DNA of 64,000 nucleotides from Pelomyxa schiedti (taxonomy: Eukaryota; Protista; Evosea), in the NCBI GenBank assembly GCA_020536535.1, contig JAHLWZ010000827.1, positions 35,810 to 99,809 on the forward strand. Direction: 5' to 3'. The notes below the pieces were generated by a model. That model saw nothing but the letters and a program-made list of their open reading frames with translations. It ran no database searches and was not told the DNA's origin. This document shows positions 1 to 13,821 of this stretch, piece after piece. Position 1 is the first letter of the stretch. Every line of letters starts with the position of its first letter. Made by a program: the position numbers and the translations under genes.

Positions 1-843
1 CCCTTTTTTGGAGGCATTCTTTCATTTTGGTTGGCATACTAACATATTGTATACCTGCGGTATCTTATATTTGCCTGGCGGGTCATCTGGAGATCTAAGA
101 TTTCTCAAGCAATGATCAGAGTGCAAGTTGATAACCCAGCCTGAGAGGTACACGACAACTCCGAGGAAGAATCTCGGGTCAAATAGCCAAGAAGAAGGGT
201 ATTCAGGCCCACATGTTAGGGTCCTGCAACACATCTTAGCGAAATGAAATTATGGGCAGCCGCTTAGTACCACCCAAGAGTGAATCCAAATGTAGAGGTA
301 ACGCATGCTCCCATAAAGATAATAGATAAAGGCATGGGCTTTCCTGCAAATTCACATGCACATTAACTACCAGAAGAGGATTGAAGAGACAAGCATACAT
401 ACCTCCCCTAATCAAACACGGATAGATAACCACTCTGTTTACATAGTGCAGGCAAAATAGCACCAAGAAGGCAGTGTAAAGAAGTCCTTGCTGTGACCAC
501 GATAAAAACCTATCTGGGTAAATAATGTGCCACCCAAGGAATGAAAGTAAGACTGGGGATTCCATTAGTCTCCATCCCACCTTTACATCCCACAAGTTAG
601 TGAAAGTCACCCCCGAGTTCGGGCTCTTTGTCACCCACGCACCTTTGGGGATACTGAAGCAGATAGGAACAAGAATCTGTTAACTTTGGGCTGCAGGGAA
701 CTGCCTTCACTGGGGGAGCCAACAAATTTGCCGTATGGAGCATGGACGGAGCTCATCAACATGCACTGCATCACAGCAAGGCTGATGAGTGTCATCAAAG
801 GTGGCACAGCCCACAACCACGCTGAGACTGTGAGAATCGCCAT
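1..843 (-). CDS. 3-oxo-5-alpha-steroid 4-dehydrogenase (SRD5A1/DET2 family), multi-exon; 3' end runs off the window
   Basis: Exon peptides HAPYGKF, GWRLMESP, HYVNRVVIYP and GWVINLHSDHCLRNLR..GKYKIP are family motifs; ATG at 843. Confidence 0.85.
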
Positions 844-1095
844 GCAGTGTCTGTGCTCCTCGTGTTCCACAAGATTTAAAAAAGAAGAATGGAGGGAAAA
901 AACCAAAAGGTTCATCATCGCCTGTGTACCAAAGGTTCAAAGCCAGATGATCGAAGTGTTGTCACTCACGCACTCTGCCAATTGGATACAACCCTTCCGT
1001 ATGGCGGTCTTGCTCCTATGGAGAGATATTTTCCTTTGGTTTCCCTTCTTTCAGAATGAACGCGTTCCCCTCCAATCCAGATCTGTTAGACAAAA

Positions 1096-4000
1096 ATGAG
1101 CGGTGCCGCGCCCCTCAACATCAACAGGCCACGGTCGACACCCACACCCGGCGTGCAGCAGCGGTCCCAGGACCCTCCGCCTCCCACGCGCGAGTCCCCG
1201 ATTAGGCCGCCATCATCTCGGCGGAACCCCCCGCCCCCGCACTCCCCCGGCGCAGCTGCCCTCGCGGCCCCCCTCACCACCGCCACCGCCACCGCCACCA
1301 CTCCTCCCTCTTCCGCCGCCCGCCGTGGCGCCCACACGCGGTCGCCGTCCCCGCCGTCGTCTTACCTGCCGCGGCCGCCGAGGGACCTGTCCCCGGCCCG
1401 CCGCGGCAGCCTAGGGGGCTCGTGCGCCGACACCGAGAGCGGCAACGACGACTGCTACGATGAGGACGACGAGGCCCGGCTTCCCCTCGACCAACGGACC
1501 AGCGGCCGCCACTACGACTACGACAACGACGACGGCATAGACTGGCTGATGAAGCCCAGTCCGTGTCGTGATATCGCCTACGCCGACCCTGGTGACGACG
1601 ACGGCGGCGGCGGCGAGGACGGCGATGGCGATGGCGACGGGGATGGGGACGAAGAGGCTTTTCTTACTTCTGATGAGGTCACTGTGCCTGGTCGCCGTGG
1701 TGGTGGTGGTACAATGACGAAGAAGACGGAGGGTGGCGCTGGAGGCACCGCCCCGGCGCCGAAGGAGAGAGACGACCCCGTGTACAATGTGCTGATGGCT
1801 CCTGAGGATAGCAGCGAGGAGTCATCCTCTGAAGTCCAAGTGGGGAGTGTGTGGTGCGGCAGTGCGCCGCAGCGCAACTCTTGCTATGCTACCCTTCCGA
1901 ACCAAGAAAGCCCACATAAGCAAAGCCATCCTTTGAGAGAGCAAACATTGGAGACTGCAACTGACCAAACTCAGAAGGACACAGCCAAGTTAGAGCCACA
2001 AATGTCTCAAAGCCCTCCTGAAAAAAAACCGCCAAGTGCCGTGGGGGAACAATACATTCACAAGGACTTTTCGGCACAGAAAGACATTGATAAAGACGAC
2101 GTAAAGCACTCTTTGTCTTCAGTACAGCCACCACTTCCAAAAAAGCCCAGAATCTCAACCAGCTGCACACCCAAATGTGGTTCTGTAACTAGTCATCCTC
2201 AACCTCAACGTTCTCCTATCAATCCTGAAGAGGGCAAAAAGCCGTGCCAGAAAAGCTTGCTCTTGGCTGAAGATAAGATTCAGTGGTTTTGTAGACAATT
2301 CAAATGTGACAGACCCGGTTTCCTTAAAATATTGACGACATGCAACTCCTCAGAAGAAGTACTTCAAAAATTACAACGACGTGGCCCTGGCAATGTGGGC
2401 ACATCTTCAAAACCCCCTGAGCCCCCCCCAGTGGAGAAACAAGACTCAGATGGAATGGATAAGGTCGCACAACCAGAAGTACACAAAACTGAATTGAAGG
2501 AGTCTACCACAGAGGCCCCAGGTATCAGCGACCTCGACCCATCCACAGAGGCCACCAGTCCCAGTACCATGGAGCCACCCTTAAAAGTCTACTGTGATAG
2601 TGTCAGCAATTGTGTTCCAGATGACTTCGCTGATGTTTGTGCAAGTAGCAGTGATGATGGAGATGCTGTACCCAGTAACGATGTTATTACTTTAAGTGAT
2701 GACTCAGATTGTGCTGATAACACACACAATAAGACTTCCATACATACCGTCTCTTCTATCCCTCCAATAGTGAAACTTCACACAATTCCAGGTTAATCCT
2801 TTCTTTTGTATCTCCTACTGATATGTAAAAGCAGCAAAGCCACCTACCTCCACTGCCTCAAGAAATGTCACTGAAGAGGTACTTACAAACGAACATTATT
2901 CTTAACCAATAACTGCAGGAAAGGCATAAGATGTGCGCAACATCTAAAGAGCCTCTTATCCTCAGTGAATTGGGAGAGCCAATTATAAAAGTCCCTGATA
3001 CACTCGCTTTCCAACTTATGAATTACCAGAGGGATGGAGTCAGATTCTTGTGAGTTACTGTTCTCTATCTCCCTTGCTTAAATATTGCACAGATACTCAC
3101 TTTATACCAAAAATATTGGTGGCATCCTTGCAGATGGTAAGGGAGTTTTATGAATATTAAAGGATGACACATAATAGATATGGGTCTCGGCAAAACTATC
3201 CAAACTATAGCTTTTATTTCATCCTTAGCCAGTGAGCAATCTAGTGCTTTCCTCTTGGTGGTTCCAGCATCTATGCTTGAAAACTGGAGTCAAGAATTTA
3301 AAAAGGTACCAATCCATGCAACTGCACCTCTAATCGATTAGTGGGCCAAGATTAATCCTTCTATTTTACACGGAAAAGATAAGCAATGTTGTAGTTAAAG
3401 TTCTTTACAATTTCCTTACTTTTTATGAAGCACTTCTTAACACTGCGAAGAGAGGGCGAGTGAAAGTACTACTTGCCAGTTACGAGACATTCAAGTCAGT
3501 CACACTCTTCCTTTACCCCCCTCCCTTAGTAGGTTTTTTCTAGATTAAACCTTGATGAACTCAACACTATCAATTGGAATTGTATCATATTCGATGAAGT
3601 ACACAAGGTAATAACTCTGACCCATACCATGGATTTTCTCATCTCTCCAAGATTAAAAATAAGGATACTACTTTGACTAAAGTATGCAAAAGCATTGCTT
3701 CCCCAAGGAGATATGGTTCTTCTCCTCCACTTTGTTTGCCTCATCTCATTTCCTCCAAAAGGTCTTACTGGCACGGTAATGCAGAACAGTTTTGAAGAGT
3801 TGTGGACTTTGATTGACTTCACAAATCCAGGTTTTTCCTTTGTTTCTCTTTTTAATGTTATCTCATGGAATTAGGCTACTTAGGCAGTCTCGACGAATTC
3901 AGAAGGAACTTCGTGGCACCAATCAAAACTGGCCAACGCCGCAATGCTACACCTTATGAAGTCAATAGAGCCAGAATGTGCTCAAAAGAACTTGGGGCCA

Positions 4001-6946
4001 GGCTTCACAAGATTATTTTACGGCGGGACAAGTCTATTATTCAAGAAAAGGTATTATTCAATCAGTTTTGGATTTGTTGAACATTCCTATTAAGTTACCG
4101 GGGAAAGAAGATAATGTTGGTGTGTACCATCTTCCCGCTTCGAGAAAAAAAAACTAAGTAAAAAACACTTTTAGTCTTTTGCAAACTGACTGAGGTTCAA
4201 ACCAGGTTACCTCCAAAACCTCTCTCCATTCTAACACCCTGAAGATGTTACCGAAGGGCCCTCGAGTCACCTGTCCTAGATAGAATCCGCCGCCATGTTG
4301 TAAAATGCCACTGTGGGTGTGCAGTGCTGCTCTCTGTGTGACGTGACGTCATATGCCACAGATCCAACAAACCTGCCAACTCTTGTCCATGCCAAGGTCT
4401 GCGAGACTCCCTTGCCCCACAAGAGAATGATTGGAAAACTGAAGGTTCATTTTTCTTTTACTTTGCATCATATCATGGGGAAAACACATTGTAGTTCTCA
4501 GGGCCATTACCCTCCTCCAGAAAACAGCCAGTCGTAAGTTCACCTCCTTTCCTGTTGGCCGCCAAAGGCGTTCAAACACTTCTTCCTCAGATCCTTCTCT
4601 CCTCTATGCCAAAGCAGGCCAGGCAGAGGAAAAGCAAATACGGGACAAAGAATTTCAGAAAGTTGCTTTTGGGACTGATGCCGAGTTCATTAATAAATGC
4701 CATGAATGTGCCGATTTTGCCCTAATTTGTGGAAAACTGAGAGTTCTTCAGTGCCTGCTACGCAAGTGGAAAGAAGCTAGGACAAAAGCAGGCAACTTCA
4801 CTAAATTCGTTTGTTAACCCTCAGCAGGTTATACTATTTTCGCACTCCACCAGAATGCTCGACATATTGGGTGAGGTTTTTTCCCCTTTCATCTCTTCTA
4901 AGTGGTTTTTAGAGCGTTTCTTGAAAAAGTGAGCCACGTTTATGTGAAGCATTTTGACCCACTTGCAGAGAAGTTGTTACTTATAGTAGACTTGACGGCA
5001 AAACACCTGTTGGTTCACGGCAAAGAATTGTAGACGGCTTTGAAAACGACTCACATAAACTGGTAACTTGGGTATAGTTTTTAGTCTAGTGACCCGAATC
5101 ATGTAGGTATTTCTGGCCAGTATCAAAGTTGGTGGTTTGGGACTTAATATAACAGGTACCCCTGTTTGATTTCGTTTCCCTCACTCACATCTCTTGTCAG
5201 CTGCGAATGTCGTGGTTATTTTTGAACCCGACTGGTAAAATTGCTTTTTGGGATGGAAAAATAACCAACTTACTGTAATTAAATATTCCTCAAGGAACCC
5301 CTCAGTCGATCTCCAAGCCCAAGATCGGTATTTTAAACTTCCGCTTCAGTGTTATGTGTTACACATTAATTCTCTTCAGCGCATATCGGATTGGCCAGGA
5401 CAAATTTACTTCAATATACAGACTAGTAAGTGCAGGTAGGAACGATAACTATTGGCTTTCAAGTACTCAGGAGAAACCAGGAACTATAGAAGAGAAAATA
5501 TACCAGCGGCAAATTTATAAACAACAATTGGCAGGAATTGCTGGTGTGTTGCATACAACTACTTTTTTTTTCTCACTCCCCTTGAAGTTGAAGGTAATCA
5601 CCTCCTGTGGGCTATTCCTTTAATCTTCCTAAGGTCAATCAGCCCCCCGCTATTTTGACGGAGTTGCAGGGGTTAAAGGCCAAGAGGGAGAATTATTTGG
5701 CCTTGCCAACCTCTTTGTATTTAATACAGAAGAAGGGGAGGAAAATTCCCTTACCAAGGCAATTCTTAAAGGAAAAAGCAAAGAGCTTGATTTTCATATT
5801 ACCCCCCATACTGAAGTAGGTGTTAAACGACGGAAATCTATGGACAGCCTCTTTTCTGACATGTATATCTTACACAACATTTAGTGAAATTACTAACGCA
5901 GATGAAGTGAGGCTGCCAAAGACAATAATGGCGTGTCCGTACCTGACACAAAGCCTGTGCCCAAGTCTGTGACAGTCTGCTCAAAACCCCTAGACCAAGA
6001 GGGATTACGAGCAGCAGGAGTTATCTTTAGCAGCAACCACTCAGAACTGGTTGGTGGCGAAAAGAACAGCACCCAAAGCTCCACCCCAATTGACTCCTCT
6101 CCAAATCCACCAACATCAACCACCACGACCACCACCACCACGAGCTCAACCACTCCCACAACAACGCCAACCTCGCTGCTATCACCCCAACCCCTGCGCC
6201 ACTCCCCGTTCTCCCCATTGCCGCTTTCAGCCAACAGCAACAACAACAACAACAACAACAAGCCACATTCACCAAGAGCAGCAGCAGCAGCAGCCCCACC
6301 AGGGCCGCCGCCGCCTATCGTCCGACAATCGCTCTCACCAACGTCGCCGGTCAAGCACAGGATCCCCGGCCCCGCCGGCGACTTGTACCAGCCCCGCGGC
6401 GGCGGCACGGGCACGAGCAGGCCCTCTGTCGGCCGGTTCTCCGCCGCGGACGACTACGACTACGACGACGACGAGATCATCGAGGACGACTGGTCATCAT
6501 CCACATCCACGACGGCCCGCGGCCGCCTCGCCCCGCCGCCTCGGCGCTCCTCAGTCAGGGGGGGCTCGTCGTCCGCCTCGGCCGCGGCGTCGTCCTCCCT
6601 GTCACACAACCTGCTCCCACCACCAAAAAGCAAGCTCTCACTGCACCTTGGCTCACAGCAGCAGAAATCCGCCCCCCTCCTTTCCTTTTTTGCATCATCA
6701 TCAACAACAACATCGTCGTCATCGCGCAGCCGGCACACAATCCAGCGCCGCACTTGCGCATCAACATCAGCAGCACATACAACTCGGCATGACGATATCG
6801 AAGAAATCGAAGACGCCTCAGACGATCCTGACGACGAACCCTGCCGGCTCTTGGGCAAAAGGCCACACACTTCCCCTGCCAAGCCACACTCGCCCCCCTC
6901 GGCACTCACAATGACCCACTCCCCGTCAAAACCAAAAAAGCACTAG
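1096..6946 (+). CDS. ERCC6L2: SNF2-family helicase/ATPase, ERCC6L2 (RAD26-like) subfamily, with low-complexity N- and C-termini
   Basis: Spliced motifs [109 protein letters not shown] and GTIEEKIYQRQIYKQQL. Confidence 0.85.
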
Positions 6947-7041
6947 TGCAATGCCACTCCACTCATTGCCCAATGTGAGATCAGCCGGTTTCCGTGAACA
7001 AAGCCAGCACTAAAAACAAACTTTTTTCCCCCCCCCCTTTA

Positions 7042-8875
7042 ATGCGCACGTACCAGCACACGTCTTTGTTCCCCGACTACGACGACGAAGACGACGGCGA
7101 CGGTGACGCGTCGTCCCCTATTGCTCGCAACAACGCCGCAAGTGGCAGCAATTACTTTCACATCCCATCATCGTCGCCATCCCCACTCACTCTACCAAGA
7201 ACAACGACTACCACCACCACGACATCAACAGGTAGTAGCAGGGGGGCAGCGGCGTCGATGGCTATCTCTGGCACCAACAGTCCCATAATTGAGAGCAGGA
7301 GCCCCACCGGCTGCGGTGATGGCGGTGGTGGTGGCGACGGCGAAGGCGCCTCTGAGTGTTTGATGGCGTTGGCGACTCCAGGGGTGTTGACGGACCCTGA
7401 GAAATACATCGCGGTGGCGGCGGAAACCATCGTAGCCGGCATCGTGAAGCCCGGCGTTGGTACTGACCAACTCATGCACGACGTGATCGCGTTCGCCTCT
7501 GCTCATGAGGTATTATGGGTGGTTTTGCTCTTTTATTGTTGCTACTATGCTGTTATTTATGGGCATTTTATTTTTATTTTATTTTTCTCCACGTCGTTCT
7601 TGGTAACTCACAGCCTGTGAAAGAAAGAATGGACAGAGGCACTGGGAAAGAGAGCTCCACGAGTGCTACAGTCAATGGCTTCTATGATGGAAGCCACAAG
7701 CTCTTCAGAAGAGTCACAGTCACTTTGTGCAAACGTGTTATGCTCAATGTGCTGCCTATCTTTGAAGGTTTTTCTCGAAACTCATTGTCCACGAGCAAAC
7801 ATCCTCGTAGATACGAGATGCTTTACCTGACTCACCTGCTCTTCCTGCTCTCTTAAAGTCGACTGAAAATGCCATGAATTCTCCAAGCCTAGTTGGTTTC
7901 ACAATGGTTGTACTTGCTCGGTTGAGTACAAACGATTTCACACGCCCAGTTTTATTTACAAAAGACTGGGCTATTGTTGGAACTGTTTTGAGGGCAATGT
8001 CATTGCACTCAAACACAAAGGACATACAATCAGCTGGATGCCAAATCATTGGAAACATTTCATATGTTGCCGTTAAAAGAACAGCACAGGACATGTCAAG
8101 CAAAACTCCGAACTTCCTCAACTCTGGCCCATTGGACATGGTGATAAAAGCAATCCAGCTGCTAATTGCAGCTCTCTGTACTCACAAATCCGACAACGAC
8201 GTTCAGTATCGCGGCTCCAGTGCCTTGGTCAATGTAACATACCACCCGGAATGGTGCTGGTTTGCTCACAGGCTAGGTGCCCAGAACGCCCTATACGGCG
8301 CACTCTCCAGCTGCTCAGCGAATCCCGTGGTTGTGTCACGCGCACTTTCAGCATTGGTGAATATTGCCATCGATGGCCGGACAACAACCAGGCCGATAAC
8401 GGCCCAGATACCAACAACGGGCGCCTCCCACGCGTCCGTCGAATCAACGGCAACTGCAACAGCAGCCGCTTTGGTAGCCAAAACCCCGCCGCCGCCGGTC
8501 GACACCTGTGCGGCTTTCACGGCGGTGATTGCGGCCCTAAAGCAGCACATGGACAGCGCCAACATCATTACGCAGGGAACGCGGCTGATCCGGCTCACTG
8601 CACTACAGGACCCCAGCCACCTCCGCATACTCCAGAAGGTGGGGGCCGTGGATTGTATGATAGAACTGATAAACAGCCCGATATGTGATGATTCCAAGGT
8701 GAGGGTGTATGTGGACCGGGCATTGGAATCCCTGCAGGACCCGGTGAGCAGCACAGGCTGGTTCACCTACATTGTGGCAAAAATCATTGGTGGGGCTGAT
8801 TTGAGCGGCATTGGCGTTGGCGTTGGGCCGGCTGTCGAGGACTTGGAGTTGAACTCTTTCGCTGTAATAAACTAG
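7042..8875 (+). CDS. Armadillo-repeat-like helical protein with low-complexity N-terminus
   Basis: Repeated ARM-like helices (VLRAMSLHSNTKDIQSAGCQIIGNI; LCTHKSDNDVQYRGSSALVNV; LKQHMDSANIITQG); ORFs 6994-7620, 7515-7856 and 7874-8875 can be joined by short introns. Confidence 0.6.
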
Positions 8876-8995
8876 GTTTTAGAGAATTTCGAGCATTTTC
8901 TATTTTTCTTTTTAATTGTTGGTGTGGCTTTGATGCGTATCTACTACACGAACATATCACAGAAAACCAAACACAAGAAAGGGGAAAAAAAAAAA

Positions 8996-11900
8996 ATGAG
9001 TGGAGGAGATCCGAGACCCGCATCGCTTATCACCGAATGGGTGACGGAGATCCAGACGTGCACCGGCGATCCTGTTTTTGCGATGAAGAAGCTGGTTGTT
9101 GCGTATGCCGCGGACATAGACGCGAGAAAGAAGGCGAGAGCGACCAAAAAGAACGCGTGTGCAAACGCTGGAGGCGATAAAGAAGATCCTGAGCCTAATC
9201 TCTACTCGAAAGCATTTGATTTTTTGCGGCAGCTTTGCCCCGAGAGGTTATTTACAGCGCTGTTTTCTGTTTTGGAAGATACCAGCCTTGGGGTTAACGT
9301 TTGTGCCAACAGTAGGCACCGTGCTTCCTTGTAACATCGCACTCTAGGTTAGAAGAGTTGCGGGCAATGAACTTGCTACTGCCATAGCAGATGAAGAGTT
9401 TCCGTGCTGGGAGGCCATTAGCCGGACTACTCAAGAGCAACTCAAGGTGACTAAATCCTTGGAAAGCCAATGTTTTTTACAGGAGAAAAAAAAAGCCCAG
9501 GTTGCTCCACCTCATCAAGTCAGAAAGGTCTCTCAAAGTCCTTGACCTCCTATGTGAAATGTCTGCTGCTCTGGCTGTTAAAGCTACCCCACCAATTCAA
9601 GGGCTATTGCAGCTGGTCCTGCACTTGACAAAATCTGCAGTCAGTTCCATCAATCATTTATTTTTTTTACCAAAGTGAGCTCAGGATCAAAACCACCGTT
9701 ATGCTGCCTTCACAATGCTGTCCTGCCTAAGCCTGGCAATGGATGATACTATTGCTCAGCCTTTTCTTGGTCAACTTGTCCCATGGTTTCATCTGGGAAT
9801 GAAAGATAAAAGCCCATTGGTTTCCTCTAAAAAAACCCCAACAGTATTTTACATCTTTAGGTCCAAACTGAAGCTGCTTGTTGCATATGCTTTTTTGCAG
9901 AATTGTTTTCTGGAAATCACAAGTACTTCCCACAATTGCAGAGCTTCTACCCAATTATCATGGAGGTGCATTGCTGTTCATTTTTTTAGATGATCTGACT
10001 TCAAGATAGTTTTTGACCACATCAGTTTGGCAGAAACAAGAAAAATATGCACTGAAGGTTCTGAAGCAGTTCAATTCAATGTTACCTAGTGTTCCAAACT
10101 TTTTCACTCCAAATTTAAATGATTTTGTTTCTTCACTACTGCTTGTTGCCTCTTCTCCCATTCAAGATGGCAAGTAAAGTTCTCTGGCTTAGTTGCCTTG
10201 TTCACGTTCAATTCAAAAGATGTACGATTTGAGTCTATTGAAGTCCTAGTTTCATTGGCTGAGACTGTGCCAAACATAAAACGGTATCATTGCACATGCC
10301 ATATTATCACTCAAGTTCACAGCCGTTATCCTACTTTTGTGTCAACGTTTATCCCTTTCCTTTTGGAGCAAGTCAGTGCAATTAAGGAGGAAGAAAATTG
10401 GGACACGACTTTCTCTAGAGATCCAGAGTCCAACCCAACAGTGGCTTTAGCTGAACAGTCACTAGACAGGATGGCTCTTGCATTGGGTTTCTCTGCTCTT
10501 ATTCTACTTTATCTTACAGACAATTCTTTCCAGGAGGGCGAACTGTAGCCCCTGTAGTTTTATCTGTTGTTCAACCCATGCTAGCAAATAAAGGAGACTG
10601 GAAGCAAAGAGTTGGAGGACTTATTTCTCTTGCCGTTTGTGCTGAAGGGTGCCGAAAAGCCTTTTCTGCACGCATGGGTGAAGTAATAAGGTACTTTTTC
10701 CCAACTACGTTTGGAAATTCAATATTTCAGGCCTGTAATCGAGGGATTCAGTGATGAGCACCCACAAGTACGCTGGGCTGCCTGCCATTGCATTGGATGC
10801 TTTGCTAGCGATATCGTGTGTATTGCGTTCAGTAACTTACTTATGACACTTTGGGAAAGCCTAGATTCAATGTAGACTTCATGCACGATGTTATGCCACC
10901 TCTGATGAGGTGCACTAATGATACTTCTTTACGGTTATCCACAAGAAATGTATCAGATAGTTCTCTACTAACAAACTGACCAGTGTCAAAGTAAATTGCC
11001 TAAATTCATTGGCCGAATTCATTAGAGATAGTCCTTATGAAATATTTCTGCCATACCTCCCTGGTCTCCTGCAACAGCTCCTTTTATTTCTAGGACATCA
11101 GTGGGTCAACTCTAGAAAATATGTACAAAAACCTAAGAAATTTAAGGCACGCGGTAGTGGTAGATGCTTCCTTAGTTCTCTTATCAGAGGTTGTAAGAAC
11201 ATGTGAAACCCGCTTTGTTGAGGTAAGTTTGAGTTGCCAGTTGTATCTCAGAACTCATCCTTGTAGTTTTATGATCAATTTTTACCAGTTTTGAAAAGGT
11301 ATTTGTTTTTTCCTCTTTGGTTCTCATTATTTGCAGTTTACTGAAGTCTGTAAGTGGTTGTCCTGAAAAAAGTCACATACGGTATACTGCTATAGAATGC
11401 ATCAGTTTGATTGGTATTTATGGCACTTTCCAGTTGTAGAGATCTCATATTGGCTTTCCTTTAGCTATTGCTGTTGGAAAAGAAAAATTTCGCAGTGATG
11501 TACCAGAAATTATCCCTGAATTACTCCACCTTTTTGGGGTACGGCTATTGCTAGTTCTAATTTCTCAATTTCCACTAGGATATGGATGTCACTGCAGACC
11601 ACGAGAAGGCATCCTATCTCCACACAGCATTATGCAGGCTTGCTGAGTGTTTGTCTAGGGATTTCGTGCCATTTATGAACATAGTAATGCCACCCCTGCT
11701 TAAAACAGCCTCTCAATCAATTGATCTGGAAAATGCTACTGCAATAGGTAAACATTTGAAACGTTGAGTATGCAAATAGATGTTGCCTTTAGGAGATGAT
11801 TTCCAAGAAAGAGTTGATGCTAAAGCAGAAGCCCTCCAATTACTCGCCATTTATGCTTCTGATTTGAAAGAAGACTTCTTTCCGTACATAGAGCAGGTTA

Positions 11901-13500
11901 TGCCGTTAGTGGAGGATTCTATTGGGCATCCCTGGAGTATTGGTGGGCCTGTGGTAGAAATTAATTAAACTCTAAGGACTTATTGTAATTGCATGTAGAA
12001 ATACGAAAAGCTGCTGCCCTACTAGTCCCTGCTCTCATACACTGCCTAAAATTCCAACCCCAAAGTGATGATTCCGCCCCCCGTCCTCCCCCTGATCAAA
12101 GCCCGGCATCGCCAACTGGTGTAGCTTCTCCTAGATTCCGTATTTGGAATACTCTCTTCCGATGTCTTATCAACACAACCGAGAATGAAAGCGAAATCGA
12201 AGTTTTGAATGAGCAAACTAGTGCTCTGTCGGAAGTATGATGGATTAACCCTTTGGCGATTTACATTATTCAGTCAATGTCTGCAGTTGATAGTCAGCTT
12301 TTTACTACTCAACATGCCGAGATGGTTGTGTCTTTGGGTATTAGTCTTCTTTCCTCTTGGCAGAGAACCAATGATCGGAAACAAGGTCTATTCTCTTCTG
12401 TTGTTGGACACTTTTTTTACAGACAGTAGCTGAGAGGACTGTCCCTGGTCTCACAGCAGAGGAACTTGCCGAGATTATTGAAAATGATGATGATGAAGAA
12501 ATCTACGATGCTATGTCATCGGTAGGAATGGACTATGTGGCAAATACGTCTTTCTAATATTCATGAAAAAGGTTGTAGACCTCCTGAGGAAGGCTGGCCT
12601 ACTTCAAAAGGAGTACTATTTAGAACATTTTAGGTCAAGAATACACGACACAGCCATGTTATTACTGGTATCTACCCCTCACTTTATTATCTGAAATTAA
12701 TTGAAACAGGACCCAGCTCGTCCAGAGCGTGAGAAGTGTGTTTCTATCTGCCTTTATGATGACCTCGTTGACCTGTCATGGTAGCAGAGATGCTAATACC
12801 GCCATCCATCCTAATTCATGTCTTTCAAGGGAATGTGCAAGTGAGATGTTCGGCCAATTCATTGAGCCATTGCTTACATATGCGAGAGCAGAAGACTCGC
12901 TGCTGCGACAGTCGGCAGCATATGGCCTGGGTAAATTTACCGACTCTTTACACGAAGTTAACGGAGGCATAGGTACCATTGCACAAAAAGCTGGGGATGC
13001 TTTTGCTCCTCATGCAATGCCGGCAGTCCTTGCTCTCAGTGGTTCTGTTAAGGAGCCAAAGGCAAGAAGCAAGGAATATATCTTTGCCACTGAAAACGCC
13101 ATTTCTTCTATTCTTAAAATATGCATATCACAAAGTAGTACCACTTTTCTTTAAACCCACCCCTAACAAGATCGATTTCAGGCAAGCATGTTCCTGCGGA
13201 ACAAATACTCCCAGTGTGGTTGTACACTCTTCCTCTTCTGAGAGATGAGGAAGAAGGTCATTATGTTTATTCCACTCTTTGCACTTTACTTGAGAGGTAT
13301 CTCAATACGTTGGACTCGTGTAACTATGTGCAGTTCTTGCCCGTTTCTACTTGGACCTAACTTTGAACACCTGGAACACATTGTGAAAGTATTTGCTGCG
13401 GTAGCCAATACAGACTTGGTGACTCCTGAAACAAACATGCGGATGGCGGCAATTCTCCAAAGATATTTGACTCAGGACCCTTCCTCCACACCGCAAACAC

Positions 13501-13552
<52 letters not shown>

Positions 13553-13572
13553 GCCAACGCCAACGCCAACGC

Positions 13573-13610
<38 letters not shown>

Positions 13611-13757
13611 ACACAACCAACAAGCAAGCCCAACACGCCTAGCAAGTTGCAAACCGCTATCACACACATTTTCATGCAACTTCCAGTACCAGCCAGGGAA
13701 AATTTACACAAACTGCAGGAGGAATTCCTCAAAAGCACAAGTAAAGGTGGTTGTTGA
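8996..13757 (+). CDS. IPO5: Importin-5 / karyopherin beta-3 (Pse1/Kap121 family) HEAT-repeat protein
   Basis: AEQSLDRMALALG, DEHPQVRWAACHCIG, IECISLI..AVGKEKF, DFVPFMNIVMPPLLKTAS, LRQSAAYG, ATENAISSILKI, LGPNFEHLEHIV. Confidence 0.85.
13500..13612 (+). repeat. Coding hexamer microsatellite (ACAGCA)n/(ACGCCA)n encoding TA/TP dipeptide repeats
   Basis: Directly visible tandem hexamers in the last importin exon. Confidence 0.95.
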
Positions 13758-13821
13758 CCCGACTATGAACAAGAAAAGCTTTTTTTTTAAATGTTACACC
13801 ACGAATTTCCTTGACTTTTTG

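Noticed and set aside
5893-6914. Long overlapping and antisense ORFs (also at 13347-13738, 46523-47560 and 54141-56074)
   Set aside because: Shadows of GC-rich trinucleotide/hexamer coding repeats that lack stops in several frames
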